DNA from: a phage
Direction: 5' to 3' (one strand)
Sequence record: PZ386961.1
DNA length: 64,000 nt
The number at the start of each line of letters is the position of its first letter. Position 1 is the stretch's first letter. Position numbers and translations under genes: made by a program. Below are positions 44,645-52,079 of the stretch, piece after piece. A model generated the notes under the pieces. It was not told the origin of the DNA. It was given only the letters and a program-made list of their open reading frames with translations, and searched no databases.

Positions 44645-46261
44645 TCAACGTCTAAGCCCCTCATATGGGTTTCCTCTCACTAAGTCTGTGTGAGCACCCA
44701 TTGATGGTGGCTTGAATAATTTAACTTCGTTAAGACTGTTGAAAGCATCACTGGTAGCATCCACTTGGTCATCTTTAGTTTTACCATCACCACAAAAACC
44801 TTCAAGTTCTTGAAAGTAAGCTTCGTTCCAACTACCTCTCAAGACTTTTACAAGTCCAGCTTCAGAAGCAGCAGAAAACCCCGCAAATCGGGTAACTTTG
44901 TCTTTATTTGTTGGTTTAGCTCTTGCTCGATAACCTTTCTCGGCAAGTTTCCTGATGAGGGATGTTGCGTAGGATTTACCAGCAGCGCCTGGGTCTTGAG
45001 GGATAAAAATACCAGTTCGCTTACCGTCACTTTCAGCAGTCAAATTAATTTGTGTTTCGACTCCAGAGGGTCTATCTCTAAATCTTACTACATCAATGAT
45101 ATAATAGCAACCGTCTTTTTTAGATTTACCCATCTTAACACCTGCTGTCCAGTCTGGATTAGGGTTAATCTCAGATGGTAAAGTTGCTGCTAAGTCCCAT
45201 GCTCTGACATCAAATACATCTTCTGGGAGTGAATCAACAATTTCACACCATTGTCTTTGCCAATAGTTTGAACCTTCTGCACGAGCCTTCCAGTTACCGA
45301 AACGAAGTCTTGCAACGTTTACAGGGGTGTTGTTTTCCAACTTACCACGATATTTAGGTTCTAGGAAGTCAAGAATTGGGTTATCATCAATCGTACCAGA
45401 GATGAATGTATATGTTTGAGGAATCTCAAGAGGAAACATTTCAAGAATCTTGTCTCTCTCCCAATCAGAAACCATCACACCATCGTTCATTACATACCAA
45501 CGAATACGACCACACTTTTCAGGGTCTGGATAACCTTCTTCATCTAAGAATGGCTCTACCCAATCGTAAATAAAGTGGTCTCTGTCTGGGTTCATAGAAA
45601 TCTTCATGTATGAATCACCTTCAGCACCAGAACGTAGACGGGTTTGTAGGTATGAAATCTGTGAAGCAGAGAAGTGTGTACCTTCGTCAAAGTAAATAGC
45701 TGAGTATTCAATACCCTGATGACCTTCAGCGTGCTTTTCAAGTTCTAGGTAGGTAAACTTGATAGTTGCCCCAGAAGGGAATGTGATAGTCATTTTCTGC
45801 TCGTGAGGAATCCCACCAAACTTACCAAATAGTTTCTTTGCAGCAGGCCATAAACCACCTTGTAGCTGTGTTGTATTTCGACGGAAATATACAGCATTAT
45901 AGTTAGGGTCTTCAATAAATCTTAAAGAGTCCATTAACAATGCAGCAGTTTTACCAGCACCAGCAGCACCACCATAAAGAACCAAGTCAGCATTAGTATT
46001 TAAAAAGACCTCTTGAGAACCCGGCTGAGGGGCTACATAATTCTTATCAGTCATCAATTTAAAGATAAGGCGAACTTGGTCTGGTGTGTATCTTAATAAA
46101 GTCAGAATTTGAGTTGGAAGGAATTTAGAGGGGTCTTTACCGAATGATTTGATAATTTCTTTTACTTCATCAGAAAGCCCCAACTCTCCAGCTAGGACTT
46201 TCCTAACATCTTCCACTCGCTTCTGCTTAACAGCATTTAAGTCCATTAAGCGCCTCCGCAA
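44645..46261 (-). CDS. terminase large subunit
   Basis: Walker A LYGGAAGAGKTAAL, C-terminal nuclease-like region; followed by portal. Confidence 0.85.
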   Translation of the reverse strand: MRRRLMDLNAVKQKRVEDVRKVLAGELGLSDEVKEIIKSFGKDPSKFLPTQILTLLRYTPDQVRLIFKLMTDKNYVAPQPGSQEVFLNTNADLVLYGGAAGAGKTAALLMDSLRFIEDPNYNAVYFRRNTTQLQGGLWPAAKKLFGKFGGIPHEQKMTITFPSGATIKFTYLELEKHAEGHQGIEYSAIYFDEGTHFSASQISYLQTRLRSGAEGDSYMKISMNPDRDHFIYDWVEPFLDEEGYPDPEKCGRIRWYVMNDGVMVSDWERDKILEMFPLEIPQTYTFISGTIDDNPILDFLEPKYRGKLENNTPVNVARLRFGNWKARAEGSNYWQRQWCEIVDSLPEDVFDVRAWDLAATLPSEINPNPDWTAGVKMGKSKKDGCYYIIDVVRFRDRPSGVETQINLTAESDGKRTGIFIPQDPGAAGKSYATSLIRKLAEKGYRARAKPTNKDKVTRFAGFSAASEAGLVKVLRGSWNEAYFQELEGFCGDGKTKDDQVDATSDAFNSLNEVKLFKPPSMGAHTDLVRGNPYEGLRR

Positions 46262-46267
46262 ATAGAA

Positions 46268-46468
46268 TTATTCAGAGTCTGTAGCAGTCTCTTCTTTCTT
46301 AACTTCGAACTTTGCATCAACAGCATCAAGAAGTGCATCCATAGATGCTTCTTTAATATCAATACCTGTTGCTACAGATAGTCTGTCTGCAATTGCCATG
46401 ATAGTATTCTGCATAAACTCTAACTTCTTGTTAGCTTCATAAAGTTCTTTATAAACGGTCTCGCTCAT
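46268..46468 (-). CDS. hypothetical small acidic protein upstream of terminase
   Basis: 66 aa. Confidence 0.4.
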   Translation of the reverse strand: MSETVYKELYEANKKLEFMQNTIMAIADRLSVATGIDIKEASMDALLDAVDAKFEVKKEETATDSE

Positions 46469-46504
46469 TATGTTTTCTCCAAATAGTTAACCATGTTTCC
46501 CCTT

Positions 46505-46528
46505 AAAAAAGACGGCACAGAGACCGTC
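46505..46528 (-). terminator. rho-independent terminator
   Basis: Stem gacgg/ccgtc followed by T6 on minus strand. Confidence 0.45.
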
Positions 46529-46593
46529 AAGGAGAAACCACAATGTACGTCAGAGACATACTGTATAAGTCTTCTTATAAAGTATAACTCTGT

Positions 46594-46653
46594 AAAAAAG
46601 CCCTGTCTAAAAATACTCTTCGGTAGCGAAAGGAAGAATACTTATAGCAGGGC
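46594..46653 (-). terminator. terminator-like long hairpin at 3' end of tRNA cluster
   Basis: Stem gccctg/cagggc enclosing nested hairpin, followed by T6 on minus strand, downstream of tRNA-Cys. Confidence 0.45.
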
Positions 46654-46690
46654 ATTATTATTATTTTAATTGAGAGAGAGTAAAATAACT

Positions 46691-46766
46691 TGGAGAATCC
46701 GAAGGGACTCGAACCCTTATAAACCTGTTTTGCAGACAGGCACATAGCCATTTCTGTCACGGATTC
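46691..46766 (-). tRNA. tRNA-Cys (anticodon GCA)
   Basis: Manual fold: acceptor gaatccg/cggattc, loop ctGCAaa, T-loop ttcgagt, discriminator U, encoded CCA. Confidence 0.75.
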
Positions 46767-46770
46767 AAAT

Positions 46771-46863
46771 TGGAGGAAGATACCAGACTTGAACTGGTAC
46801 ACCGATTTCTCAGCTACTGGCAGTTTAGCAAACTGCTCCCTTACCTTTTAGGGTTAATCTTCC
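46771..46863 (-). tRNA. tRNA-Ser (anticodon GCU), class II
   Basis: Manual fold: acceptor ggaagat/atcttcc, loop ttGCTaa, long variable arm, about 90 nt. Confidence 0.7.
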
Positions 46864-46865
46864 AT

Positions 46866-47600
46866 TTATTTCTGTAATGCGTTCTTCATTTCTGGTGTTG
46901 CAATAGTGTCAATTACACCAGTTTTACAAGCATCATCAAACCAGTCTGGTAAGATACCTGCTAAGAACCCATTGATATTCGTTTTAAGGTACTCTGCAAT
47001 AAGAGCAGCTTCTTCTTCAATCATCTGCACAACTTCATCTGCATAAGCTGTAATCTTTGAGATACCTTCATTAATCTTACTAACAGCTTGGTTAGCTAAA
47101 TCAGAAATAGTATCAAGACCTTTGTCAATAGCGTCTTGTAAGTCACTTAACACACCATTAACACCGTCTAGTGCACTGTTAATCGTATCAATAGCTTTTT
47201 GACCATACTCTGTAGCAACACCCATAATACCACTAAATGGTGTACAGCCAACTTGTTCACCTGCTGCACCCATAACATTAGAGTAACCTTTTGCTACCTG
47301 CATACGTGATGAAAACTCATCAATGGACTTTTGACCGTAATCTGTTAGTGTTTTGGTGGTTGATGTAGTGCTTGTCAGACTCGTGGTAAAGCTGTTAAGC
47401 AGAACTGTTGTAAGTCCAGCAGCAACAAGCTTATCCTTTACTGTAGGGTCTGATACAGAGCTAATAGAGCTTACAAGTGATGTAGAGGCAGCTACGGTTC
47501 CACCGAGAACTGCTGCACCAGTAATAAGGGGGTTAGAAAACCCTTTACCTGTTTTTAAGAGATTGAAAATCTCCTTACCTTGTTCTGTCATCTCTTTCAT
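46866..47600 (-). CDS. hypothetical Ser/Thr-rich protein embedded in tRNA cluster
   Basis: Start moved to ATG 47598-47600 because the track start (GTG 47663) overlaps a tRNA. Confidence 0.45.
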   Translation of the reverse strand: MKEMTEQGKEIFNLLKTGKGFSNPLITGAAVLGGTVAASTSLVSSISSVSDPTVKDKLVAAGLTTVLLNSFTTSLTSTTSTTKTLTDYGQKSIDEFSSRMQVAKGYSNVMGAAGEQVGCTPFSGIMGVATEYGQKAIDTINSALDGVNGVLSDLQDAIDKGLDTISDLANQAVSKINEGISKITAYADEVVQMIEEEAALIAEYLKTNINGFLAGILPDWFDDACKTGVIDTIATPEMKNALQK

Positions 47601-47616
47601 TAAGCACCTTTGAAAT

Positions 47617-47693
47617 TGGTAGTCCAGTGGGATTTGAACCCTCTTCTCATGTTTTTCAGACACGCGCTTTAACCATATAAGCTACTTGGACTA
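47617..47693 (-). tRNA. tRNA-Phe (anticodon GAA), non-canonical D-arm junction
   Basis: Manual fold: acceptor tagtcca/tggacta, loop ctGAAaa; extra nucleotides between acceptor and D-stem. Confidence 0.45.
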
Positions 47694-47698
47694 TAAAT

Positions 47699-47774
47699 TG
47701 GGGTGACCTACGGGATTTGAACCCGTATAGACCATGTTCACAGCATGGGTCATTACCATTTATGATAAGGCCAC
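47699..47774 (-). tRNA. tRNA-His (anticodon GUG)
   Basis: Manual fold: loop ctGTGaa, discriminator C, T-stem acggg/cccgt. Confidence 0.7.
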
Positions 47775-47805
47775 ATTTAAGGACTCTCGTAAGAATCCTT
47801 AGAAG

Positions 47806-47881
47806 TGGCAGCGGCATAAGGATTTGAACCTTAATAGGACAGCTTCAGAGACTGCTGCATTGCCAGTTATGCTATACCGCT
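47806..47881 (-). tRNA. tRNA-Gln (anticodon CUG)
   Basis: Manual fold: loop ctCTGaa, discriminator G, D-stem gcat/atgc. Confidence 0.65.
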
Positions 47882-47886
47882 AAATT

Positions 47887-47965
47887 TGGTACTCCATATC
47901 GGATTCGAACCGATACATAACACAGATTTTAAGTCTGGCCTCTCTGCCAATTGGAGTAATGGAGC
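47887..47965 (-). tRNA. class-I-like tRNA with leucine anticodon UAA (putative tRNA-Leu without long variable arm)
   Basis: Manual fold: loop ctTAAaa, discriminator A, T-loop ttcgaat, D-loop ccaattggcagag shared with the 48947 and 49526 tRNAs. Confidence 0.45.
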
Positions 47966-47967
47966 AT

Positions 47968-48043
47968 TGGCGGGGGATGTTGGAATTGAACCAACTTCTT
48001 CGATTTCAAAGACCGAGGTTTTAACCTTGTAAACTAATCCCCT
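47968..48043 (-). tRNA. tRNA-Gln (anticodon UUG)
   Basis: Manual fold: loop ctTTGaa, discriminator G, unpaired 1-72. Confidence 0.65.
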
Positions 48044-48051
48044 TTAAATCT

Positions 48052-48609
48052 TTACTTTCTCAGTGGATGAATAAAGAATGCCAACATAACTCTTTCCCTT
48101 GAGAATGCTCTTTCTTCTGGGACAACACTTTTAAGTTTCCATCCAACATAAATTCTCCAGTAAAACTGTTTACCGAAGACTTTAATTGATGGGATAAAAG
48201 CGAATAATCCCCAAGCATTACTGTTCCACATTAGGAGATAACCAGTCTGATTATCTTCAGGGTTAGAACTTACGTTGATATTACCTTTCCACTTAGTAAC
48301 ATCTCTTACATCTCTTCCTAATACATGGTAAGAGAAGTTATAAGCTTTGTTTCTCCAGAGCCATCCGACTCTTTGCATGTAGACACCTAGTTTACCAATC
48401 CATCTAATATTAGCCCATCTTTTAACGTGACCTTCATCACCATCAATTGGGTTGTCATATGTCTCCATCCATCTGAACCCGAAAGGTAAGTGTCCTTTCT
48501 TCTCACTGTAGAATGGAACTACAAAAGGTGCTAAGATAACTGCTAAGATTGCTGCAAATGGCTCTAACAAAGCTAAGAAAATCCATGAAGCATACTTTAA
48601 GTATCTCAT
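48052..48609 (-). CDS. hypothetical Trp-rich membrane protein embedded in tRNA cluster
   Basis: 185 aa, N-terminal hydrophobic helices. Confidence 0.5.
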   Translation of the reverse strand: MRYLKYASWIFLALLEPFAAILAVILAPFVVPFYSEKKGHLPFGFRWMETYDNPIDGDEGHVKRWANIRWIGKLGVYMQRVGWLWRNKAYNFSYHVLGRDVRDVTKWKGNINVSSNPEDNQTGYLLMWNSNAWGLFAFIPSIKVFGKQFYWRIYVGWKLKSVVPEERAFSRERVMLAFFIHPLRK

Positions 48610-48848
48610 TGTCTAATCCTCGTAAGGAGGTAAATGTTATTATTCGTTTCTAAACCTTCTGGTAAAACTGTCTCAAAAATAACACTCTTCAGATGTCTAC
48701 CACCAAAACAATCACGTATAAATCTTTCTACTCTAGCGTGGTCACATAAGTATCCCACTTTTAAGAAAATGTGGTGTTCAACACCAATGACCCTGACAAA
48801 CTCAATACTCTCACAGTTTTCATGTTCAACTACTGTTAATGTTTGCAT
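48606..48848 (-). CDS. hypothetical protein embedded in tRNA cluster
   Basis: 80 aa, ATGA coupling with downstream gene. Confidence 0.45.
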   Translation of the reverse strand: MQTLTVVEHENCESIEFVRVIGVEHHIFLKVGYLCDHARVERFIRDCFGGRHLKSVIFETVLPEGLETNNNIYLLTRIRQ

Positions 48849-48865
48849 AGTATCACCTTTTTATC

Positions 48866-48941
48866 TGGCGCAGGATAAGGGATTCGAACCCCTATTAACA
48901 GCTTCGTAGACTGTTGCTCTTTCCATTTGAACTAATCCTGC
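48866..48941 (-). tRNA. tRNA-Arg (anticodon ACG)
   Basis: Manual fold: acceptor gcaggat/atcctgc, loop ctACGaa. Confidence 0.7.
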
Positions 48942-48946
48942 AAAAT

Positions 48947-49024
48947 TGGTGTTCCAAGACGGATTCGAACCGTCACTAATACAAGGTTTGAGCTTGCATC
49001 CTCTGCCAATTGGGATACTGGAAC
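48947..49024 (-). tRNA. class-I-like tRNA with leucine anticodon CAA (putative tRNA-Leu without long variable arm)
   Basis: Manual fold: loop ctCAAac, discriminator A, paralogous D-arm to the 47887 and 49526 tRNAs. Confidence 0.45.
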
Positions 49025-49025
49025 A

Positions 49026-49100
49026 TGGTACTCACTAAAGGACTTGAACCTTTTTCTTCATCTTGTAAAGGTGATGTTTTACCATATAAACTAAGCGAGT
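49026..49100 (-). tRNA. tRNA-Val (anticodon UAC)
   Basis: Manual fold: loop ttTACaa, D-stem gttt/aaac, discriminator A. Confidence 0.65.
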
Positions 49101-49196
49101 ATGAAAGAGGTCTGAAGTTGTGCCGCTAACTCAACTTCGTGGAATTTGTTACGGTCTTCAGTTGACTCAAAGCGGTCTTTCACTTGACCTCTGAAT
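49101..49196 (-). other. structured non-tRNA spacer inside tRNA cluster
   Basis: Nested inverted repeats agaggtc...gacctct and gaagttg...caacttc; no T-arm. Confidence 0.3.
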
Positions 49197-49273
49197 TGGT
49201 GCTGCTCACAGGACTCGAACCTGCATTTCCATCCTTACAAGGGATGTGTAATAGCCAATTATACGAAAGCAGC
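49197..49273 (-). tRNA. tRNA-Thr (anticodon UGU)
   Basis: Manual fold: stem catcc/ggatg, loop ctTGTaa. Confidence 0.7.
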
Positions 49274-49279
49274 ATTGTT

Positions 49280-49354
49280 TGGAGCATCCAGAGGGAATCG
49301 AACCCTCAACCTCAGTTTGGAAGACTGTAATTTTCCCGTTTAAACTATGGATGC
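49280..49354 (-). tRNA. tRNA-Gly (anticodon UCC)
   Basis: Manual fold: loop ctTCCaa, discriminator U. Confidence 0.65.
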
Positions 49355-49360
49355 ACTAAT

Positions 49361-49436
49361 TGGTGGAGAAGCAGGGAATTGAACCCTGTACTTAAGTTTG
49401 CAAAACTTATGTTTTAACCATGTAAACTACATCCCC
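49361..49436 (-). tRNA. tRNA-Ala (anticodon UGC)
   Basis: Manual fold: loop ttTGCaa, G3-U70 wobble pair, discriminator A. Confidence 0.75.
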
Positions 49437-49442
49437 ATTGTT

Positions 49443-49518
49443 TGGTACAGGTGGAGGGAATTGAACCCATCGTCTTACTGATTAAGAGTCAGCCGCATAA
49501 CCATTTTGCTACACCTGC
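49443..49518 (-). tRNA. tRNA-Lys (anticodon CUU)
   Basis: Manual fold: loop ctCTTaa, discriminator A; imperfect T-stem shared with the 50741 paralog. Confidence 0.55.
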
Positions 49519-49525
49519 ATTAATT

Positions 49526-49602
49526 TGGTACACCTAGAGAGATTCGAACTCACACTGAGCAGATTCTAAGTCTGCTGCCTCTACCAGTTGGGCTATAGGT
49601 GC
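49526..49602 (-). tRNA. class-I-like tRNA with leucine anticodon UAG (putative tRNA-Leu without long variable arm)
   Basis: Manual fold: perfect stem gcaga/tctgc, loop ctTAGaa, discriminator A, about 74 nt. Confidence 0.5.
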
Positions 49603-49858
49603 ATTAAATCTTTTTAGAGAACTTCTAAGAACCTGAGCAACAAGGTTCCACAACAAGCGACTAATAACCTTAGAAGCCCTCTAAAAAGACCTAAATAGGT
49701 CTTTGCATAGTCTTGTTTAATCCGGTGACTAGAACCTTTGGAGAGCTTGATATTATCTCTTCTCCGTGACACCTACTAGGTGCTTTGACAGTGCACGACA
49801 ATACACGAGGGATAAACCGACAATGCGAACAAGCATGGACGGAGTAAATCTTATTAGG

Positions 49859-49946
49859 CGGTAAGTAAAGGAGTCGAACCCTCACCGTATCTCTACAGTG
49901 GCAACTGTTTTCAAGACAGTTTGGCTACCATTAGCCGCTACCTACC
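49859..49946 (-). tRNA. tRNA-Ser (anticodon UGA), class II
   Basis: Manual fold: loop ctTGAaa, long variable arm, 3-bp D-stem, discriminator G, CCA not encoded. Confidence 0.65.
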
Positions 49947-49959
49947 CCTAATAAGACTT

Positions 49960-50042
49960 TGGCATGGGACGGAGGAGTTGAACCCCTTTGAAACGGTGTT
50001 GGAAGCCGTTGCTCATGCCTTAGAGTCTTAACATCGTCCCAT
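49960..50042 (-). tRNA. tRNA-Trp-like (anticodon CCA), non-canonical (about 8 extra nt between acceptor and D-stem)
   Basis: Perfect acceptor atgggac/gtcccat, stem aacgg/ccgtt with ttCCAac loop, D-region too long for standard fold. Confidence 0.35.
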
Positions 50043-50184
50043 ACTATAATTCGAAGCTTACCGTATTATCTCAACACTGTAAAGCCCCTTCTCAGATTAT
50101 TTACATGTTCTGGAAAACATGAGATACAGACCACCTCCCTACAGGAAGACCCGCTTAGGTCGTCTAAGTAATCTGCTAACTATT

Positions 50185-50261
50185 TGGCACACCCTACAGG
50201 ATTCGAACCTGTAACTCAATGATTAGAAGTCATTTGCTCTGTCCAGTTGAACTAAGGGTGC
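50185..50261 (-). tRNA. tRNA-Arg (anticodon UCU)
   Basis: Manual fold: stem aatga/tcatt, loop ctTCTaa. Confidence 0.7.
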
Positions 50262-50463
50262 ATTAATCTTTAAAGACTCTCTTAGAAAGCCCTTAAAGAT
50301 GCCCACCTTATTAATCATACCGTGGGCGAGTACGCCAAATTCTTTGATGAGGGATTGGAAGACCTCACTGGTGTTTAGCCTATCAAGCTACTGCCAGAAA
50401 AACATTGTCGTTTGCATTTATTTTAAATTTGCAAAATAGACGCTACGCAACGAAAACTAAGGT

Positions 50464-50492
50464 TACTATAAAGTAGTCACATCTCAATGTCA
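50464..50492 (-). promoter_or_regulatory. sigma70-like promoter TTGACA-N17-TATAGT inside tRNA cluster
   Basis: Minus-strand hexamers read directly; faces tRNA-Arg(UCU) and downstream tRNAs. Confidence 0.5.
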
Positions 50493-50507
50493 ACAACTTT
50501 ATTGAAA

Positions 50508-50583
50508 TTGGTACTGGTAGGTGGAATCGAACCACCGATGTTCCCTTATCAGGGGAGTGTTATAACCTTCTTAACTATACCAG
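50508..50583 (-). tRNA. tRNA-Ile (anticodon GAU)
   Basis: Manual fold: loop ctGATaa, D-stem gtta/taac, discriminator A. Confidence 0.7.
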
Positions 50584-50584
50584 C

Positions 50585-50661
50585 TTGGAGGTTCAGATGG
50601 GAATCGAACCCACATTCATAGGGCTTATGAGACCCTTGCATTACCTTATCTGCGACTGAAC
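50585..50661 (-). tRNA. tRNA-Met (anticodon CAU)
   Basis: Manual fold: acceptor ggttcag/ctgaacc, loop ctCATaa. Confidence 0.6.
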
Positions 50662-50740
50662 CAGAATAAGTACCCTAGTTAGAGAAACTGTTGAGTGGGT
50701 GTTTCCAGCCGCGCAGGTGTTTCTCAGTTAAGGGTGAATT

Positions 50741-50816
50741 TGGTAGAAGTGGAGGGATTCGAACCCATCGCCTGTCAGATTAAAAGTCTGCCGCATCACC
50801 ATTCTGCTACACTTCC
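50741..50816 (-). tRNA. tRNA-Lys (anticodon UUU)
   Basis: Manual fold: loop ctTTTaa; sequence paralog of the 49443 tRNA. Confidence 0.55.
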
Positions 50817-50820
50817 ATTA

Positions 50821-50963
50821 AATTATCTTTGTAGATAAGCTACCCAGACTTGCTTAAGGTCTGTAGCGATGTGCCTTTTGGGTTTAAATCTAGAATTTAC
50901 CCTTTCACCCTTTGTGGTCGCATACTCACAGGTAAGCTTAATAACTTATCTACAAAGATAATT
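50821..50963. repeat. 19-bp perfect inverted repeat (aattatctttgtagataag / cttatctacaaagataatt) enclosing about 105 nt
   Basis: Both arms read directly at 50821-50839 and 50945-50963. Confidence 0.6.
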
Positions 50964-51017
50964 ACCAGACCGTTGTTTATCATCTTAAGTGCTACCATTA
51001 CACCAACTCGACATCTG

Positions 51018-51050
51018 CCGAGTGAAGGAATCGAACCTTCGCCTTTTCTT
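51018..51050 (-). other. isolated tRNA T-arm-like module (gaagg-ttcgatt-ccttc) followed by hairpin actcg/cgagt; tRNA fragment or tRNA-like ncRNA
   Basis: No matching 5' acceptor strand nearby. Confidence 0.3.
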
Positions 51051-51243
51051 TACCGGAGAAATAGATTGTTTAAAGTTTGCTGTAAACGGTCTTCTGTAAA
51101 TTTGTTGAGCCAGACCAAGTTTTAAATTTTCAAAATTAAATTGGCTTGAAATTTCATACATTCTTGCTGTATTTGGTCTTCTGCTCCTTTAAAGAATACT
51201 CGTAAGAACTCTTTAAGGGAGGGGCTAAATAGCCCTCTCAAAA

Positions 51244-51321
51244 TTGGCGGTTACGAAGGGATTTGAACCCTCATCATCTCCCGTGACAGGGGAGTATTTT
51301 AACCAAATTAAACTACATAAC
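51244..51321 (-). tRNA. tRNA-Asp (anticodon GUC)
   Basis: Manual fold: stem ctccc/gggag, loop ctGTCac, discriminator G. Confidence 0.7.
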
Positions 51322-51326
51322 CTTTA

Positions 51327-51414
51327 TTGGTGTGCCGTGTAGGAGTCGAACCTACCGAGTCTCAATGACAAGGGATTTACAGTCCCCACCGCTACCATCT
51401 ACGGGATAACGACA
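51327..51414 (-). tRNA. tRNA-Tyr (anticodon GUA), class II
   Basis: Manual fold: loop ctGTAaa, long variable arm, discriminator A. Confidence 0.65.
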
Positions 51415-51424
51415 CATTTAAATT

Positions 51425-51501
51425 TGGCGGTTAGTCAGGGATTCGAACCCTGTGCCATTCGCTTAACAGGCGACCGCACATACCTTATGTGCTTCCTAAC
51501 C
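51425..51501 (-). tRNA. tRNA-Asn (anticodon GUU)
   Basis: Manual fold: loop ctGTTaa, discriminator G. Confidence 0.65.
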
Positions 51502-51584
51502 ATGTTTAGTATTACCAGACCGTATCTTTCAATTTTTCCGCTAAAAATTTAATAAGTATTGCTGTAAACGGTCTTCTGTAAATT

Positions 51585-51660
51585 TGGAGGCGGGTGCAGG
51601 AGTCGAACCTGCCGATACCATGCTAATGAGACATGTGAGACGCCCTTTCTCTATACCCGC
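51585..51660 (-). tRNA. tRNA with CAU anticodon (initiator Met or Ile2-type)
   Basis: Manual fold: loop ctCATta, unpaired 1-72, D-stem gaga/tctc. Confidence 0.5.
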
Positions 51661-51752
51661 AATTCTTAATGACCAGACCAAATCTCTTCTTTGTCCGATT
51701 TACCTTCAGATGAATAAGATTAAGTTTGCTGTAATTGGTCTTCTGTCAAAAC

Positions 51753-51830
51753 TGGCGTTCCAGAAGGGATTTGAACCCTCAAATATCCACTTTGAAAGAG
51801 TGGTGACTTTACCATTTTGTCCACTGGAAC
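51753..51830 (-). tRNA. tRNA-Glu (anticodon UUC)
   Basis: Manual fold: stem ccact/agtgg, loop ctTTCaa, discriminator G. Confidence 0.7.
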
Positions 51831-51837
51831 ATTAATT

Positions 51838-51914
51838 TGGTCTCTGTTGGAGGACTTGAACCTCCGGCCTTACCGCCCCAAACGGAACGCTCTACCAAGC
51901 TGAGCTAAACAGAG
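51838..51914 (-). tRNA. tRNA-Pro (anticodon UGG)
   Basis: Manual fold: acceptor ctctgtt/aacagag, D-stem gctc/gagc, loop ttTGGgg. Confidence 0.65.
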
Positions 51915-52032
51915 ATAAACTTTTCAAACTCTATGTAACCACTTTAACATTATTTTTTAGTGGTTGTCAAGAACTTTTTTAAAATATTTTTCAGTATCTT
52001 AGAAAAGCTCTCATTTCGTTTCTATGTAGAAC

Positions 52033-52061
52033 ATATTAAAGGGTATTAAACACATTGTCAA
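52033..52061 (-). promoter_or_regulatory. sigma70-like promoter TTGACA-N17-TAATAT upstream of tRNA cluster
   Basis: Minus-strand hexamers read directly; about 110 nt upstream of tRNA-Pro. Confidence 0.5.
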
Positions 52062-52079
52062 TACCCTTTTTAAAACTTT

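Noticed and set aside
49691-49885. Track ORFs inside the tRNA cluster (46575-46802, 47353-47613, 48634-48909, 49691-49885, 50850-51125, 51584-51835)
   Set aside because: They overlap manually folded tRNA genes or structured spacers, use non-ATG starts and lack ribosome-binding sites.
46691-51914. tRNA cluster as a bacterial integration site (prophage attachment at a host tRNA)
   Set aside because: The tRNAs form a dense phage-type array with no integrase, no excisionase and no flanking host genes, so they read as phage-encoded.
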